This document shows, in pieces, positions 49,764 to 61,624 of a stretch of 64,000 nucleotides of DNA. The notes under the pieces were generated by a model. It was given only the letters and a program-made list of their open reading frames with translations, was not told the DNA's origin and did no database searches. The DNA is from Gekko japonicus (Eukaryota), in the NCBI RefSeq assembly GCF_001447785.1, contig NW_015164187.1:1117127-1181126 (forward strand), read 5' to 3'. Numbering within the stretch: position 1 is the stretch's first letter; every line of letters begins with the position of its first letter. Position numbers and translations under genes: made by a program.

Positions 49764-50275
49764 CCTTGGCTTGCCCAGGTGCCTAGGGAATGCAAGCAGC
49801 CCGGGCAAGCCAGCCCTTGGAGGGAAGGGAAGTCAGTTTAAACTGCCTTCCCTTGGCTTGCCCAGGTGCCCTGTGGCTGTGGGGAACCGGGCAAACCAAC
49901 CCTTGGAGGGAAGGGAAGGCAGTTTAAACCCCTTGGCTTGCCCAGGTGCCCTGTGGCTGCGGGGAACCGGGCAAACCAACCCTTGGAGGGAAGGGAAGGC
50001 AGTTTAAATCTCTTGGCTTGCCCAGGTGCCCTGTGGCTGCGGGGAACCGGGCAAACCAACCCTTGGAGGGAAGGGAAGGCAGTTTAAACCCCTTGGCTTG
50101 CCCAGGTGCCCTGTGGCTGCGGGGGAACCGGGCAAACCAACCCTTGGAGGGAAGGGAAGGCAGTTTAAACTGCCTTCTCTTGGCTTGCCCGGGCGCCCCA
50201 TGGCTGCGGGGAGCCTGGCCAAGCTGGTCCTTGGACAGGCCGGGGAAGGCACGGGGAGGCATTTAAATGCCTTCC
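49764..50275 (+). repeat. GC-rich minisatellite, about 80-bp unit, about six copies
   Basis: Units start at 49764, 49851, 49931, 50011, 50091 and 50178 (CTTGGCTTGCCCAGGTGCC...GGAGGGAAGGGAAGGCAGTTTAAA). Confidence 0.92.
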
Positions 50276-51290
50276 CGATCCTTCCATGGCCCCCGGCCCA
50301 CCTACCTCGAAGTTGGTGGGGGTGTCGGTCTCCAGGTCTTCCCTCTGTAGCCACGCACGCAGAGGTTTTGGCTGTAGTGGGCATGGCCAACTCTGAAGCC
50401 AGCTGAAACTCCGTTCCTGTGCGTTCCTGCCCAAAAGTAGCCCTGGTCGACCTTATCCTACAGCCACGTTTCTCATCAGCATTGGTTTCTCCTTTACGGA
50501 ACTATCGCATTTCCACTCTATGCTGGTGAGTTTTCTTGTACAAGAGGAAACCAGAGCTTTCGTTGTCTTCTTGGCAGTGAGGAAAGCGTCCGCAGGTTCA
50601 AAGTCTGGTTTACACCTCAGCTAGCACACGTCTCTCCACGTTCTCAGGCAGAGAGGTCTTTCACATCACTTAACTACTGGATCTTTTTTCACTAGAGATG
50701 CTAGGGATTGAACCTGGTACCATTTGGATGCCAGGCAGATGCTCTGCCACTACTGAAGTTTTCAACTGTGCCCTAAATTACTATAATTTTGCAGAAGTCC
50801 AAGAGAAATTATTCTTACTGCCAAGGCATGTTTAACATAGAATTCCCTCTGAACTAGAGAGATTTACAACTGAATTGTTCCAGCTGAATTGTTCATGTTG
50901 GAGATACACCTGTTTCTCAGTAAATTCTTAACTTACATGCATTTGTACTTCTGTAATTCATCTCTACCAAATAGATGATTTACAATCCTAAATTAATGTG
51001 CACAGAATCTGTGATTAACGTGATCCTCTAGGTGTGCACTCTATGGTGTTGTTCCATTGGTGCAGGAGCAGCTCCTGGGATCCAAAATATTTTCTATTTG
51101 TGGAGTGGGGAAGGCCAATTTTTGTGATTCTGCCTTCCCACTGCAGGTTCCCAATGCATCTCCCACACTGTTTCTTTGGGTTCATCTACTTTAAGGAGCA
51201 CAATTGGGTGGTGGCAAAGAAGGCTGCAGTGAGAGGGAGGAAGTGAGGAAGATGTCTTTCTCATTTCACACTCAAAATAATGCAGTTTGG

Positions 51291-52198
51291 AAACTATATT
51301 ACAAAGCAGCTGCAATGGGATGGATCCGGGACTGGATAACTCTAGAGGACAGAAGAACGTTAAAATTGGAGGGCTATGACCTACACATGGGCTGGCATGC
51401 CTATGTGTGGTACGACGAAGAGAAAAAGCAAAAACACTTCCAAAATCATATTCTGAGAGATCCACTGATAAAAATATGGAGAACCATAAAAGAGAAATTT
51501 TATGATAAAATCCCAAGATGGGTATCNNNNNNNNNNNNNNNNNNNNNNNNNNNNNNNNNNNNNNNNNNNNNNNNNNNNNNNNNNNNNNNNNNNNNNNNNN
51601 NNNNNNNNNNNNNNNNNNNNNNNNNNNNNNNNNNNNNNNNNNNNNNNNNNNNNNNNNNNNNNNNNNNNNNNNNNNNNNNNNNNNNNNNNNNNNNNNNNNN
51701 NNNNNNNNNNNNNNNNNNNNNNNNNNNNNNNNNNNNNNNNNNNNNTATCATATTTGGTGGAGGTGCGAAAAAGTGGAAAAATTTTGGGGGAAAATAAAAC
51801 AACTGATTTGGGAAATAGTAGGAGTAAACTTATCACTAGAGCCGGAAGTATATCTATTAAACATACTACCGGATAGTATAAAATACAATGATGCACGCTT
51901 GATACTTTATATCCTCACAAGTGCTAGAATAGAAATAGCAAAATGTTAGAAATCTGATAAACTACCAGATAGAGAAGAATTAATTATAAAAATCATGGAC
52001 ATAAAAGAAATGGACAAAATAAATACGTTACTGGCAGGAAAGTTTGAAAGTGTGTTTAAGAAAAGATGGCAGAAACTAGATAGATGGTTAGAAATGTATG
52101 GATAAGACGCTCCAAAAAATGTAAAAGAAAACTATACGGTTTTTTTTTTATTTGATGTATGTTTGAAAAAGCAAAATAAAATATTTTAAAAAAATAAT
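51291..52198 (+). mobile_element. 5'-truncated L1 LINE (ORF2 C-terminus) with 15-bp TSD
   Basis: LYYKAAAMGWIRDW and YHIWWRCEKVEKFWGKI (L1 ORF2 C-terminal motifs); TSD AATAATGCAGTTTGG at 51276-51290 and 52199-52213; internal N-gap. Confidence 0.88.
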
Positions 52199-52224
52199 AA
52201 TAATGCAGTTTGGTGACATTGGAT

Positions 52225-52443
52225 TTAGCAGTTCGAAAGCAAGAAATTGCAAGTAGATAAATAGGTACCACTTTGGTGGGAAGGTAACAGTGTTCCGTGC
52301 GCCTTGGTGTTTAGTCATGCCGGCCACATGACCATGGAAATGTCTTTGGACAGCGCTGGCTCTTCGGCTTTGAAACGGAGATGAGCACCGCAACCCTAGA
52401 GTCGGATTCGACTGGCTTTCGAGCAAGGGAACCTTCACCTTTA
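52225..52443 (+). mobile_element. Sauria SINE, 5'-truncated
   Basis: AGCAGTTCGAAAGC..AAGTAGATAAATAGGTACC core and ACCTT(T) tail; homologous to 52950-53275. Confidence 0.8.
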
Positions 52444-52459
52444 TGAGACTAGATAGGCA

Positions 52460-52640
52460 GCCTGAATAGTCCAGACTAGCTCGAGCTTGTTAGAGCTTGG
52501 AAACTAAGCAGGGTCAGTTGGGGTTAATATTTGAATGGGAGACCGCCAAAGAAGACAAGGGTTGCAATGCAGAGGAAGGTAATAGTAAACCACCTGTGCA
52601 TTGAATACACCATGAAGAGCTGCCATAAATTGTTTGTGAT
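52460..52640 (+). mobile_element. 5S rRNA-derived SINE, degenerate
   Basis: GGAAACTAAGCAGGGTC...TTTGAATGGGAGACCGCC. Confidence 0.6.
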
Positions 52641-52949
52641 TTGATGTCACTTAATTGGTATTATTAGGAGGCTAGATTGCCCCCGCTCTACATGGGTAGA
52701 GCTGCCATGCCAAAGTTTTGTAAGTGGTTGTTCTATGTTGCCAAATTCAGTGAGCCAATCTGAAGAACCTTTTTGATGTAAACTGGATTAAGTTCTCCCA
52801 GAACTATTATACAGCACCTTTCACTAGTGAAGATATTTATAGTTTACTTATTATGTTAATTTCTGTTGAAGCAAGTAAAATCTCATGTCTTCTTTTGTGT
52901 CACACAAACTTATTTACCATCTTCATTTTTTACATTTTATTTATATATT

Positions 52950-53275
52950 TAAGTGGCTCAGAGATTAAGATGCTGAATTGCAGACCAGAAGGTCGGTAGC
53001 TCGGCAGTTCGATACCCTAGTGCTGCGTGACGGAGTGAGCTCCTGTCCTACCAACCTAGCAGTTCGAAAGCGAGAAATTGCAAGTAGATAAATAGGTGCC
53101 GCTTCGGTGGGAAGCTAACAGTGTTCTGTGTGCCTCGGCATTTAGTCATGCTGGCCACATGACCATGGAGAAGTCTTCGGACAGCACTGGCTCTTCGGCT
53201 TGGAAATGGAAATGAGCACTGCCCCCTAGAGTCAGATTCGACTGGCTTTCAAACAAGGGAGACCTTTACCTTTTT
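52950..53275 (+). mobile_element. Sauria SINE, near full-length
   Basis: tRNA-like head (GTGGCTCAG..GTTCGATACC), conserved core, ACCTTTACCTTT tail. Confidence 0.82.
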
Positions 53276-53619
53276 ATACAACATATTAAAAAGGTGAATG
53301 GTTGAGACATAATTGCCAAACCCTGGTCATGGTGTAAAACAATGTTTTGATATTTTGCCCATCTAAATTGAAAAACATCACTTCTTTGATTTTATGTTCT
53401 AATTTTAACCTATTTTAATTTCATTAGTTTAATATTTTACATTTAATCTTGTTTAATCGTATTAGTTCAGTATTCTTACAGGATCAACCAATCCTCAATT
53501 AAAGGAGGATCTGGAGACTTCTACATTTTTGCAAAGTCATTATCTTCCCACTTTCTTTACAACTCCATTTCCTTAACATCTCTCTTTTCAGAGGGGTCAT
53601 TGTAGTTGCAGTTAGTCAA

Positions 53620-53870
53620 AAGTTACATAGTTGAAGAGTACTACTACTTTCATACACACCCAGGGAAATGCTGATCACCACGATGGAGTCAGGAAGGAAT
53701 TTTTCTCCAGGCCAGTTTGGCTGAAGATCCTAGAGATTTTTTGTCATCTTCTGGGCGTGGAGCAGTGGTCACTGGGGGTGTGTGGGGGGGAGGTATTTCT
53801 GAATTTCCTGCATTATGCAGGGGATTAGAGTAGGTGACCCTGGAGGTCCCTTCCAACTCTATGATTCTAC
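53620..53870 (+). mobile_element. CR1 3'UTR fragment
   Basis: Ends GAGGTCCCTTCCAACTCTATGATTCTA; inverted copy at 58334-58540. Confidence 0.75.
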
Positions 53871-54053
53871 TCATTCAGATTTAGGTATTCACTGCAGACT
53901 GAACGTTTTACAGCCCTTTGTCAACTGTAGTACTGTGGAACAGCTAGATTCAAGTCCAGTTGCACCTTAGAAGAAAATAAAATTTGGTAAACCATCTGTG
54001 CTCATATCTTGCATTGAAAACCCCATGACGAGTTGCCGTAAGTCAGTTGTGAC

Positions 54054-54258
54054 CAATGCTCCCTTGAAGCTGGGGACTCTTGTGAGCAAAAATTCTACTT
54101 TGTGAGCTAACGGCATTACAGTTGTGAACGAGCGATTTGGCCACTGCATCAATTAGTTTGCTCTGGAGCCATCCTTCCTGAGCTGAGACAAAAATGCGTG
54201 AGCTGGAGGCTAAAAAAACTGAGCTAGCTCACACTAACTCAGCTTAGAGGGAACACTG
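54054..54258. mobile_element. hAT-type MITE with 8-bp TSD, inserted in a SINE tail
   Basis: TIRs CAATGCTCCCT / AGGGAACACTG; TSD GTTGTGAC at 54046-54053 and 54259-54266. Confidence 0.8.
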
Positions 54259-54312
54259 GTTGTGACTTGGTGGCACTTAATAATTATTTTAGGCTATCAA
54301 GTGTGTCATCAG

Positions 54313-54540
54313 CCCTGACTTGGATAGCCCAGGCAAGCCTGATCCCATCAGATCTTGGAAACTAAGCAGGGCCGACCCTAGCAAGTACTTGGATAGGAGA
54401 CTGCCAAGAAATACCAGGGCCATAATGCAGAGGCAGGCAGCAAGCCACCTCTCTGAACATCCTTGCCTCCCAGCCCCTCTAGGTGTTGCCAGAAGTCAGC
54501 CATGACTTCCAGGCACACAGTACTCACACACAAAAAGAGT
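54313..54540 (+). mobile_element. 5S rRNA-derived SINE with 13-bp TSD
   Basis: 5S-like GCCTGATCCCATCAGATCTTGGAAACTAAGCAGGGCC..AGTACTTGGATAGGAGAC; TSD AGTGTGTCATCAG at 54300-54312 and 54541-54553. Confidence 0.8.
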
Positions 54541-55598
54541 AGTGTGTCATCAGGAGCTCGTGCACTGAAACTGATAATCGATATAAGTTGGTATCTTCAG
54601 TAATTGTATCCTATATACTGAAGTGTGACAACATCCTGTAATTACTTACTATATTTCATAGTAAAGCGGGTGGCTTATACCAGTAATACCAGTCATGAAA
54701 GCAGCAGTAAGACCATGCCATCCATAGGTATGGACTCCAGCTATGCAGACAAGATGATGGGAATTAACCCAAAGGGGGGAAGTGGATAAATAACCTGATG
54801 AGGCCTGGGCCTGGTTCAAGATGCATGGAATGTTTGAGGCAAATGAAGGTTTGCTAAATGGGAGGGAAGTGGGAAGAGGGGAAGTTGGTCTACTGAACCC
54901 CCTGAGAGCTAATAGTATCCTGGGGGGGGGGAAGGTTTGAGGGTTCTAGGGATTTGTTCCTTTTTCCTCGTTCCCTCCCCCTGTCCCCAGCTTGTGTCCT
55001 CCTCTTATCTTTCCTGAACTGTAAAAATTTATATTTTTAAGTTGTTGGTAAAGGTGTATATCTCACATACTTATGTTATTCTGTAAAAGAAGTTGTACAC
55101 TGATGACGCTTCATAAATAAATAGAATTGTGAAGACAGAATAAAATTGACAGTTAGGCCAAGCCTCTTTTATCAAGCTTCTTTCAGTGTTAGGAAGTTGC
55201 ACTTTAACTACTGTGACTTCAGATGCAAATATCTAGAGTAACTGGTACTGATGTGCATATAACAGACCTGAAAGTACGAGGCTTAAGTAACAAGGCCTGC
55301 TGTAGCAGAGAACTGCTTCTAGGTAATGTTCCTATTCATGTTAAAATATTAATGATGACATCCTAAACAGAATCACACCCTTCTAAGTTCATTGAGTTCT
55401 ACTTATAAAAGGGTATAATTCTGGTTAGGGTGGCACTGTTAAATACTCACTTGTCAAAAAAACCCCTCTTAACAGGCTCAAAAAGTCTTTCTAGCAATCA
55501 TTATCTGTGGAGCACTCCATCTTGATTAAAAGTAGAAACCTTTGTATGCATAGAATCAATAGTTGTCATATTTGTGCTCAGTTATTTATTTTTCCTAG

Positions 55599-57512
55599 AT
55601 GCCTGTGACAGTGGGCCCATATGGGCAGTCTCAACCCAGCTGCTTCGACAGAGTAAAAATGGGCTTCATGATGGGCTTTGCTGTTGGTATGGCAGCTGGT
55701 GCACTATTCGGCACATTTTCTTGCCTCAGGTATGTTGGAGTCAGACTGATGTAGTTGAAGGTAATATACATCCTAAGAAGAATCTTCACTATAACCCCTA
55801 ATTCCATTTCAAAAAACTAGGGTTTTCCAGGGGCAGGGAGAACCATGAGCCCTGCTGGCAGAACAGATCTTTGTTTCTTCTTGCTTCTCCATGTACCCTT
55901 CCAAAAGCCACTTGGAAGGTTAGCATATCCTGAGATACAGTGTGATCTCAGTATGGCCTTTTCTGCATTCTCATTTTATTCACTGGTAAGTTTGTTTCTT
56001 TTTCTTCAGGGGTTCCCCCCCCCCCCCGATCTGCATGTGTTTTGTTACTTTGAACAGTCAACACAATATCACACAGATTTATGTCCAGCATAAAAACCTG
56101 CAATTTAAATCCGCAGGGAGATATGCTGGAAATAAATCTGTGTGTTATTGAATCGACCACTAGAGGGTGCAAAATGTATCAGGCCCGTAGCCAGGATTTT
56201 TTTAGTCAGAGGGCATTTAAATTTCTTAGGGGGCACTGGCTAATCGAAATAAAGGTAATTTAATCTGGACCCTTGCACTGGACAGCTGCGCAGGAATACC
56301 CGGTTCCTTCCCTGCACCTGCTGCTATTCAGGGGCCCTGAGAGGAATGGGAAGTTGTGGGGCCCTGCCAGTACGTCAGGGGGCCTAGCCACAAGATGCCC
56401 CACTGGAGCTACGGCCCTGAAATGTGTGCAGAATATAACCCTCCCCCCCAAGAAACAGGAAGTTACCAGGCAGTAAAATGAGAATGCAGAAAAGCTCTAT
56501 GAGAACTATTTGAATTAGAATTTAGCTTGCACTCTGTTAATATGTTTGTTAGAGTCATTACATTGATAATCTTAGAGAACAAGAAGGTGTTCATACCAGT
56601 GTATGTAACCAGAGATTATGAAAACAGTGTGAAACATCAGACAGTGCTTCTGTGCAGCCATTATCAATTTCATGGGGGACTATTTCGTTCAATGAGGGTA
56701 TTACATTATTTTCATGTTTTGTACTGTCTACTTTTTTGCATTCATATCCTGCACTAACCTCTGTTCCTCAAGGTGACAATGTAAGCATATACAGCATAAA
56801 ATTAACAGGAAAATCCAGCCATTTCTCATCTGAAATTGGGTAGAAAGCAGATCTTTAAGTATAGTCCAAATTTCACTCTTCTAGAAGCAGGGTTTTACAG
56901 TTATCCAAATGCACATTTCAATTTTACTACCAGTAGCAGGTCTTTAATGCAAATGCTGTAGCAGTTAAGATTCAACTTCCATAAGTAATGAAATGGCTAC
57001 CGAAAGCATCAATAAAGATATTAAACATATCAAAATTAATTGAGATTTAAAGAACTGCCTGAGAACACCCAAATCTTTTTTTATCTTTCCTTGAGCAGCA
57101 GATTCCCATGATATCACACAAACTATTCTTAAAGCTCTCTGTAGCCTCAAAAGTAAATTGCCATGTGGCATGCAGGACTGCTGTTTGAGAAGGACAAGGC
57201 CCCACTTGATCCATGGTACTAGTCACATGGGAGAGGCTTCAGGGAATGGGCTTTAACTTTTTTAAAATTGCGGTTATTACACATTGACATTAATTGATCA
57301 GCATCTCTTCTAGGTCAGGTGTTTTGATTCTGTGTGATAAAACAAGATCATAAAATAATACCGTGACCCCTTCTTGTGGTGTATTCTGTTTCTTCTCTTT
57401 TAGGATTGGCATGAGAGGGCGAGAACTGATGGGTGGCGTTGGCAAAACAATGATGCAGAGTGGTGGCACTTTTGGGACATTTATGGCCATTGGCATGGGA
57501 ATCCGCTGTTGA
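55599..57512 (+). CDS. ROMO1: Reactive oxygen species modulator 1 (79 aa; exons 55599-55729 and 57404-57512)
   Basis: Spliced translation [44 protein letters not shown]|[35 protein letters not shown]; GT-AG phase-2 intron; 240 nt in total. Confidence 0.97.
56180..56419. mobile_element. hAT-type MITE in ROMO1 intron 2
   Basis: TIRs CAGGCCCGTAGC / GCTACGGCCCTG; 8-bp TSD AAATGTAT / AAATGTGT. Confidence 0.7.
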
Positions 57513-57577
57513 TACGTTAATTTTTTTTACTCTGAAGACCCAAAGCCCCTGCTGATTGAGTTCCTGCAATGTAATAT

Positions 57578-57583
57578 AATAAA
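57578..57583 (+). terminator. ROMO1: ROMO1 poly(A) signal
   Basis: TGTA..AATAAA about 65 nt after the stop codon. Confidence 0.75.
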
Positions 57584-57854
57584 AGTCTTTTCATCAGGAC
57601 TGAGTAATCAGTCAAAATGTATAGGTCTCTGCCCTTATTTCAATATCAGCTGTTTGTTTTTGTCTTCACAACAACAAAAAACTGGAAGAGGCTAGAAGCA
57701 ACATAAGTTCATGCAGTTCAGCTGTTCCTTAAACCTTCTCAAGTGCTGAAATAAGGATAACTATTATAGTCTAAAGGAGGAGATACACATATTAGTAATT
57801 TTCTCTTTAATCAGACAAGTATGTTGAGAGCAAGTATACTTTGACCAGACGTGA

Positions 57855-58005
57855 ATCATTCATTCAACAAGTAATCGAATTGTGGAATGAACTGCCAGCG
57901 GAAGTACTGATAGCTATGAGTGCAGATGGCTTCAAAAGGGGATAGACAGATTTCACAAAGGATAGATCTTTCAATAGCTACTAGCCATTGTGAGTTAAGG
58001 GAACC

Positions 58006-58040
<35 letters not shown>

Positions 58041-58165
58041 GCAGCTAGCCTCTGAATACCAGTGCCTTAGCCTCTTATGCCCTGTTTGTTTGCTGCTGTG
58101 CGTAGTAGTATGCTGGGCTAGGTAGACAAACAGTCTGATCACAGGGCTCCTTTTATGTTCTTCTG
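57855..58165 (+). mobile_element. Old CR1 3' fragment containing a (CA)n microsatellite
   Basis: TGTGGAA..ACTGCCA..GATGGCTTCAAAAGGGG..AGACA resembles the CR1 ORF2 end; CA run at about 58017-58040. Confidence 0.6.
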
Positions 58166-58333
58166 GATCCTGCAGTGTTTTATGTAAGTTTTGTATGGTA
58201 AGCAAAGGATCAGGGAATTTCTGCTAAAATCTCTGCATACGGAAAATCTGTGTATTCATCCATTAGTATGTGTAGAACTATGAATCATCAGGACATTCTA
58301 GTATTATGGCAGCCACTGTGCTTCTTATGTTTG

Positions 58334-59620
58334 TAGAATCATAGAGCTCGAAGGGACACCAGGGTCATCTAGTCCAACCCCCTCTACAATGCAGGACATT
58401 CACAAATACCTCTCCCCCACACCCCCAGTGGCTGCTGTTCCACACCCAGAAAATGGCAAAACATCCTCCAGGTTCTCCAGCCAAACTGGCCTGGAGAAAA
58501 ATTGCTTCCTGACCCCAAAGTGGCAATCAGCATTTCCCTGGGCATGTCAGAAAGGGCTACAAGAACTAAGCACTAATGCAACCCTTCTGACCCTCCCTCA
58601 TTATCTGCCTAAGTTCACACAATCAGCATTGCTGCCATCCAGCCTCTGTTTGAAAACCTCCAAAGAAGGAGAGCCCACCACCTCCCGAGGAAGCCTGTTC
58701 CACTGAGGAACCACTCTGTCAGGACGTTCTTCCTAATATTTAGCCAAAAACTCTTCTAATTTAATTTCAACCTGTTGGCTCTGGTCCAACCTTCTGGAGC
58801 AACAAAACAACTCTGTCCCATCTGCCATATGACAACCCTTCAAGTACTTGAAGATGGTTGTCATATCACCTCTCAGTAGTCTCCTCTCCAGGCTAAGCAT
58901 ACCCAGCTCCTTCAACCTTTCCTCATAGGACTTGGTCTCCAGACGCCTCACCATCTTTGTTGCCCTTCTCTGGGCATGTTCTAGCTTGTCTATATCCTTC
59001 TTAAATTGTGGTGCCCAAAACTGAGCACAATACTCTAGGCGAGGTCTAACCACAGCAGAGTAAAGCGATACCATCACTTCACGTGATCTGGACACTATAC
59101 TTCTGTTGATACAGCTCAAAATCGCATTTGCCTTTTTAGTTACCATGTCACACTGCTGACTCATGTTCAGTGTATGAAGACCCCCTAGAACCTTTTTGTA
59201 CATACTGCTGCCAAGACAAGTCTCCCCTATCCTATAATTATGAATTTGATTTTTCCTACCTAAATGCTGAACTTTACGTTTATCCCCATTGAAATTCATT
59301 TTATTTATTTTAGCCTAGTTTTGCAGCTGTCAAGAGCATCCTGTATCTAGACTCTGTCTTCTACTGTATTTGCTACCCCTTCCAATTTAGTATCACCTGC
59401 AAATTTATTCAGCATTCTCTCTATTCCTTCATCCAAATAATTGAGGCACTCCAATTGTCACTCCTCTCTTTGAATTCAACCTGTCAACCAGTTACAAATC
59501 CACCTAAAAATAATAGGATTCAAACAACATTTTACCAATTTGCCAACAAGAATATTATGTGGAACCTTATTAAAAGCCTTATTGAATCAAGATAAACTAT
59601 GTCTACAGCATTCAGCTGAT
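58334..59620 (-). mobile_element. CR1 LINE, 5'-truncated
   Basis: ORF 58733-59299 reads FNGDKRKVQHLG...LYSAVVRPRLEYCAQFWAPQ...LERRLLRGDM; tail CTATGATTCTA. Confidence 0.9.
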
Positions 59621-60608
59621 ACAGCAAGGTAGTAATTCTGAAAATATATTTTGTATGGAAATGCAGAATCTGTGGCATTAGCTGTTCTTATTACTTGCCA
59701 TATATTACTACTCAGTGTCACAGTCATACTTGAAGAAGCCTTTATATTGCAAGTTTTGGCACCCTGATTCAGCATTAGAACTTCAAAGAGTATCATGCAC
59801 ACAATTTCATTCCTTAGAACAATCTTGTAGGTTACATAGGAATGGTAAGCTTTCTATAAATGTTTTTTCTATAGATGGATTCAGGGCATTCTGATAGATT
59901 ATTCCTACATATGCCACCCACAAAAGTGTTCAGATCATCCCCGAGACTGGGAAGAACACTCCCTTTTAGGTCTGGGTCATTACCAAGATCACAACCTACT
60001 ACATCTGATACCTTAAGAGCAATCTACCCTTTCTCTATAGCAGTAAGGCAGCCCTAGCAGGACAGGATGCTCTACATCCACTGATGAGAAAAAAAACCAG
60101 GTTGCTTACCTGTAATTGATGATCTTCGAGTGGTCATCTGTGTAGTACCACACATGGGTTGGGCGTCTGCGCACAACCTCGACTGGAGAAACTTCTAGAG
60201 CTTTGCCTCAGAAAGCTTTTGGCGGGCTCTCTTCCCGCCCTGGGGAGCAGGCACATACTGCGCATGTCTGGAGTGGGGGAGAGAGCTGCCTCCCACTCAG
60301 TTCCTCTGACCACTACCGGTAAGCCCCATCAAGCCAAAGGAAGGTGAACAGGAGATGCCAGCAGTGGGGAAGGCTGGGTGGGATTGTGCTACTGCACAGA
60401 TGACCACTCGAAGATCATCAGTTACAGGTAAGCAACCTGTTTATCTTCGTCATGGTCTCTGTGCAGTCCCACACATGGGTGATTATAAGAAATGAAACAG
60501 TGGGAGGAGGGAGCTGGCAGCTGCAAGAAACACAAAGAATACTGGTTAAGACACAGCATCATCAGCGAGAAGAAACACCCACGGGTCCTACCTGGAGACG
60601 TAGCAGGG

Positions 60609-61610
60609 TCAAGCGAAGAGAGATCGCAGCACCAGCTGGCTGAATACAGCATCCCCTCGAGCTCGGACGTCGAGTTTGTAGTGGGTCATAAAGGTCGATG
60701 CTGAGGACCATGTAGCAGCCGCACAGGCATTCTCCAACAGGACACCAGCCAGGAAAGCGGTGGATGTCGATACCACCCGTGTAGAATGGGCAGTGACAGA
60801 GGTAGGAATGGGTTGACGTGCAAGCTCATAGCAAAGGGCTATGGTGGAAGTCACCCACTTAGACAAGCGTTGAGAGGAAATTGGCTCCCCGACATGAGGG
60901 GGCCCATAGGCAAGGAACAGCCAAGGAGATTTACGTATAGGCTGAGTCCTATGTAAATAAAAGGAGAGCGCTCTGCACACATTGAGGCAGTGGAGGGCTC
61001 TCTGAGGTGCATCAGTCGGATTTGGAAAGAATAAAGGTAAGACAGATGACTGAGACAGGTGAAAAGCAGAAACAACTTTAGGCAGGAAAGAAGGATCTGG
61101 TCTAAGGACAACCTTCTCCTTATGGAAAACTGTATAGAGGGGATCAGCCCAAAAAGCAGCTAGTTCACCTACTCTGCGCGCAGTAGTAATCGCTACAAGG
61201 AAGGCAGTTTTCCAGGAGAGCAACCTGAACTTGGCCGTGGCCATGGGCTCGAACGGCTTAGACATCAGCTGAGTGAGAACAAGACAGAGACTCCACGAAG
61301 GCACCAAAGGCTTCCTAGGGGGACAGAGGTGGAGGAGACCTTTGAGGAATGACTTTGTAAGATGGTGGGGACAAAACGTGGCTCCCTGTATCAAGGGATG
61401 GTAGGCCGAGATGGCCGCTAAATGAACCTTTAAAGACAAGTATGCAAGGCCAGTATTCTTTAATGAGATGAGATAGGAAAAAATCTGATGAAGAGACGAC
61501 TGGAGAGGATCAAAGGACTGATCAGAGGCATACGACTGGAACCTCTTCCACTTCAGAGAGTAAGTGGCACGGGTAGATGGCTTCCTGGCATTCAGAAGGA
61601 CTTCGGACAC
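60609..61610 (-). CDS. DIRS1 tyrosine recombinase (open 333-codon frame, TE-encoded)
   Basis: N-terminal ARKPSTRATYSLKW; catalytic R in TTARRVGEL, HSTR, W in ATWSS, Y in FMTHY. Confidence 0.85.
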   Translation of the reverse strand: MSEVLLNARKPSTRATYSLKWKRFQSYASDQSFDPLQSSLHQIFSYLISLKNTGLAYLSLKVHLAAISAYHPLIQGATFCPHHLTKSFLKGLLHLCPPRKPLVPSWSLCLVLTQLMSKPFEPMATAKFRLLSWKTAFLVAITTARRVGELAAFWADPLYTVFHKEKVVLRPDPSFLPKVVSAFHLSQSSVLPLFFPNPTDAPQRALHCLNVCRALSFYLHRTQPIRKSPWLFLAYGPPHVGEPISSQRLSKWVTSTIALCYELARQPIPTSVTAHSTRVVSTSTAFLAGVLLENACAAATWSSASTFMTHYKLDVRARGDAVFSQLVLRSLFA

Positions 61611-61624
61611 TTCAGGCAGGAAGT

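Noticed and set aside
49588-50434. Cluster of repetitive ORFs, or a CRISPR-like array
   Set aside because: Translations of an 80-bp minisatellite with no unique spacers, in a eukaryotic context.
53620-58540. Inverted CR1 copies flanking the ROMO1 coding exons as a circRNA driver
   Set aside because: The second copy lies beyond the ROMO1 poly(A) signal and the last exon has no donor.
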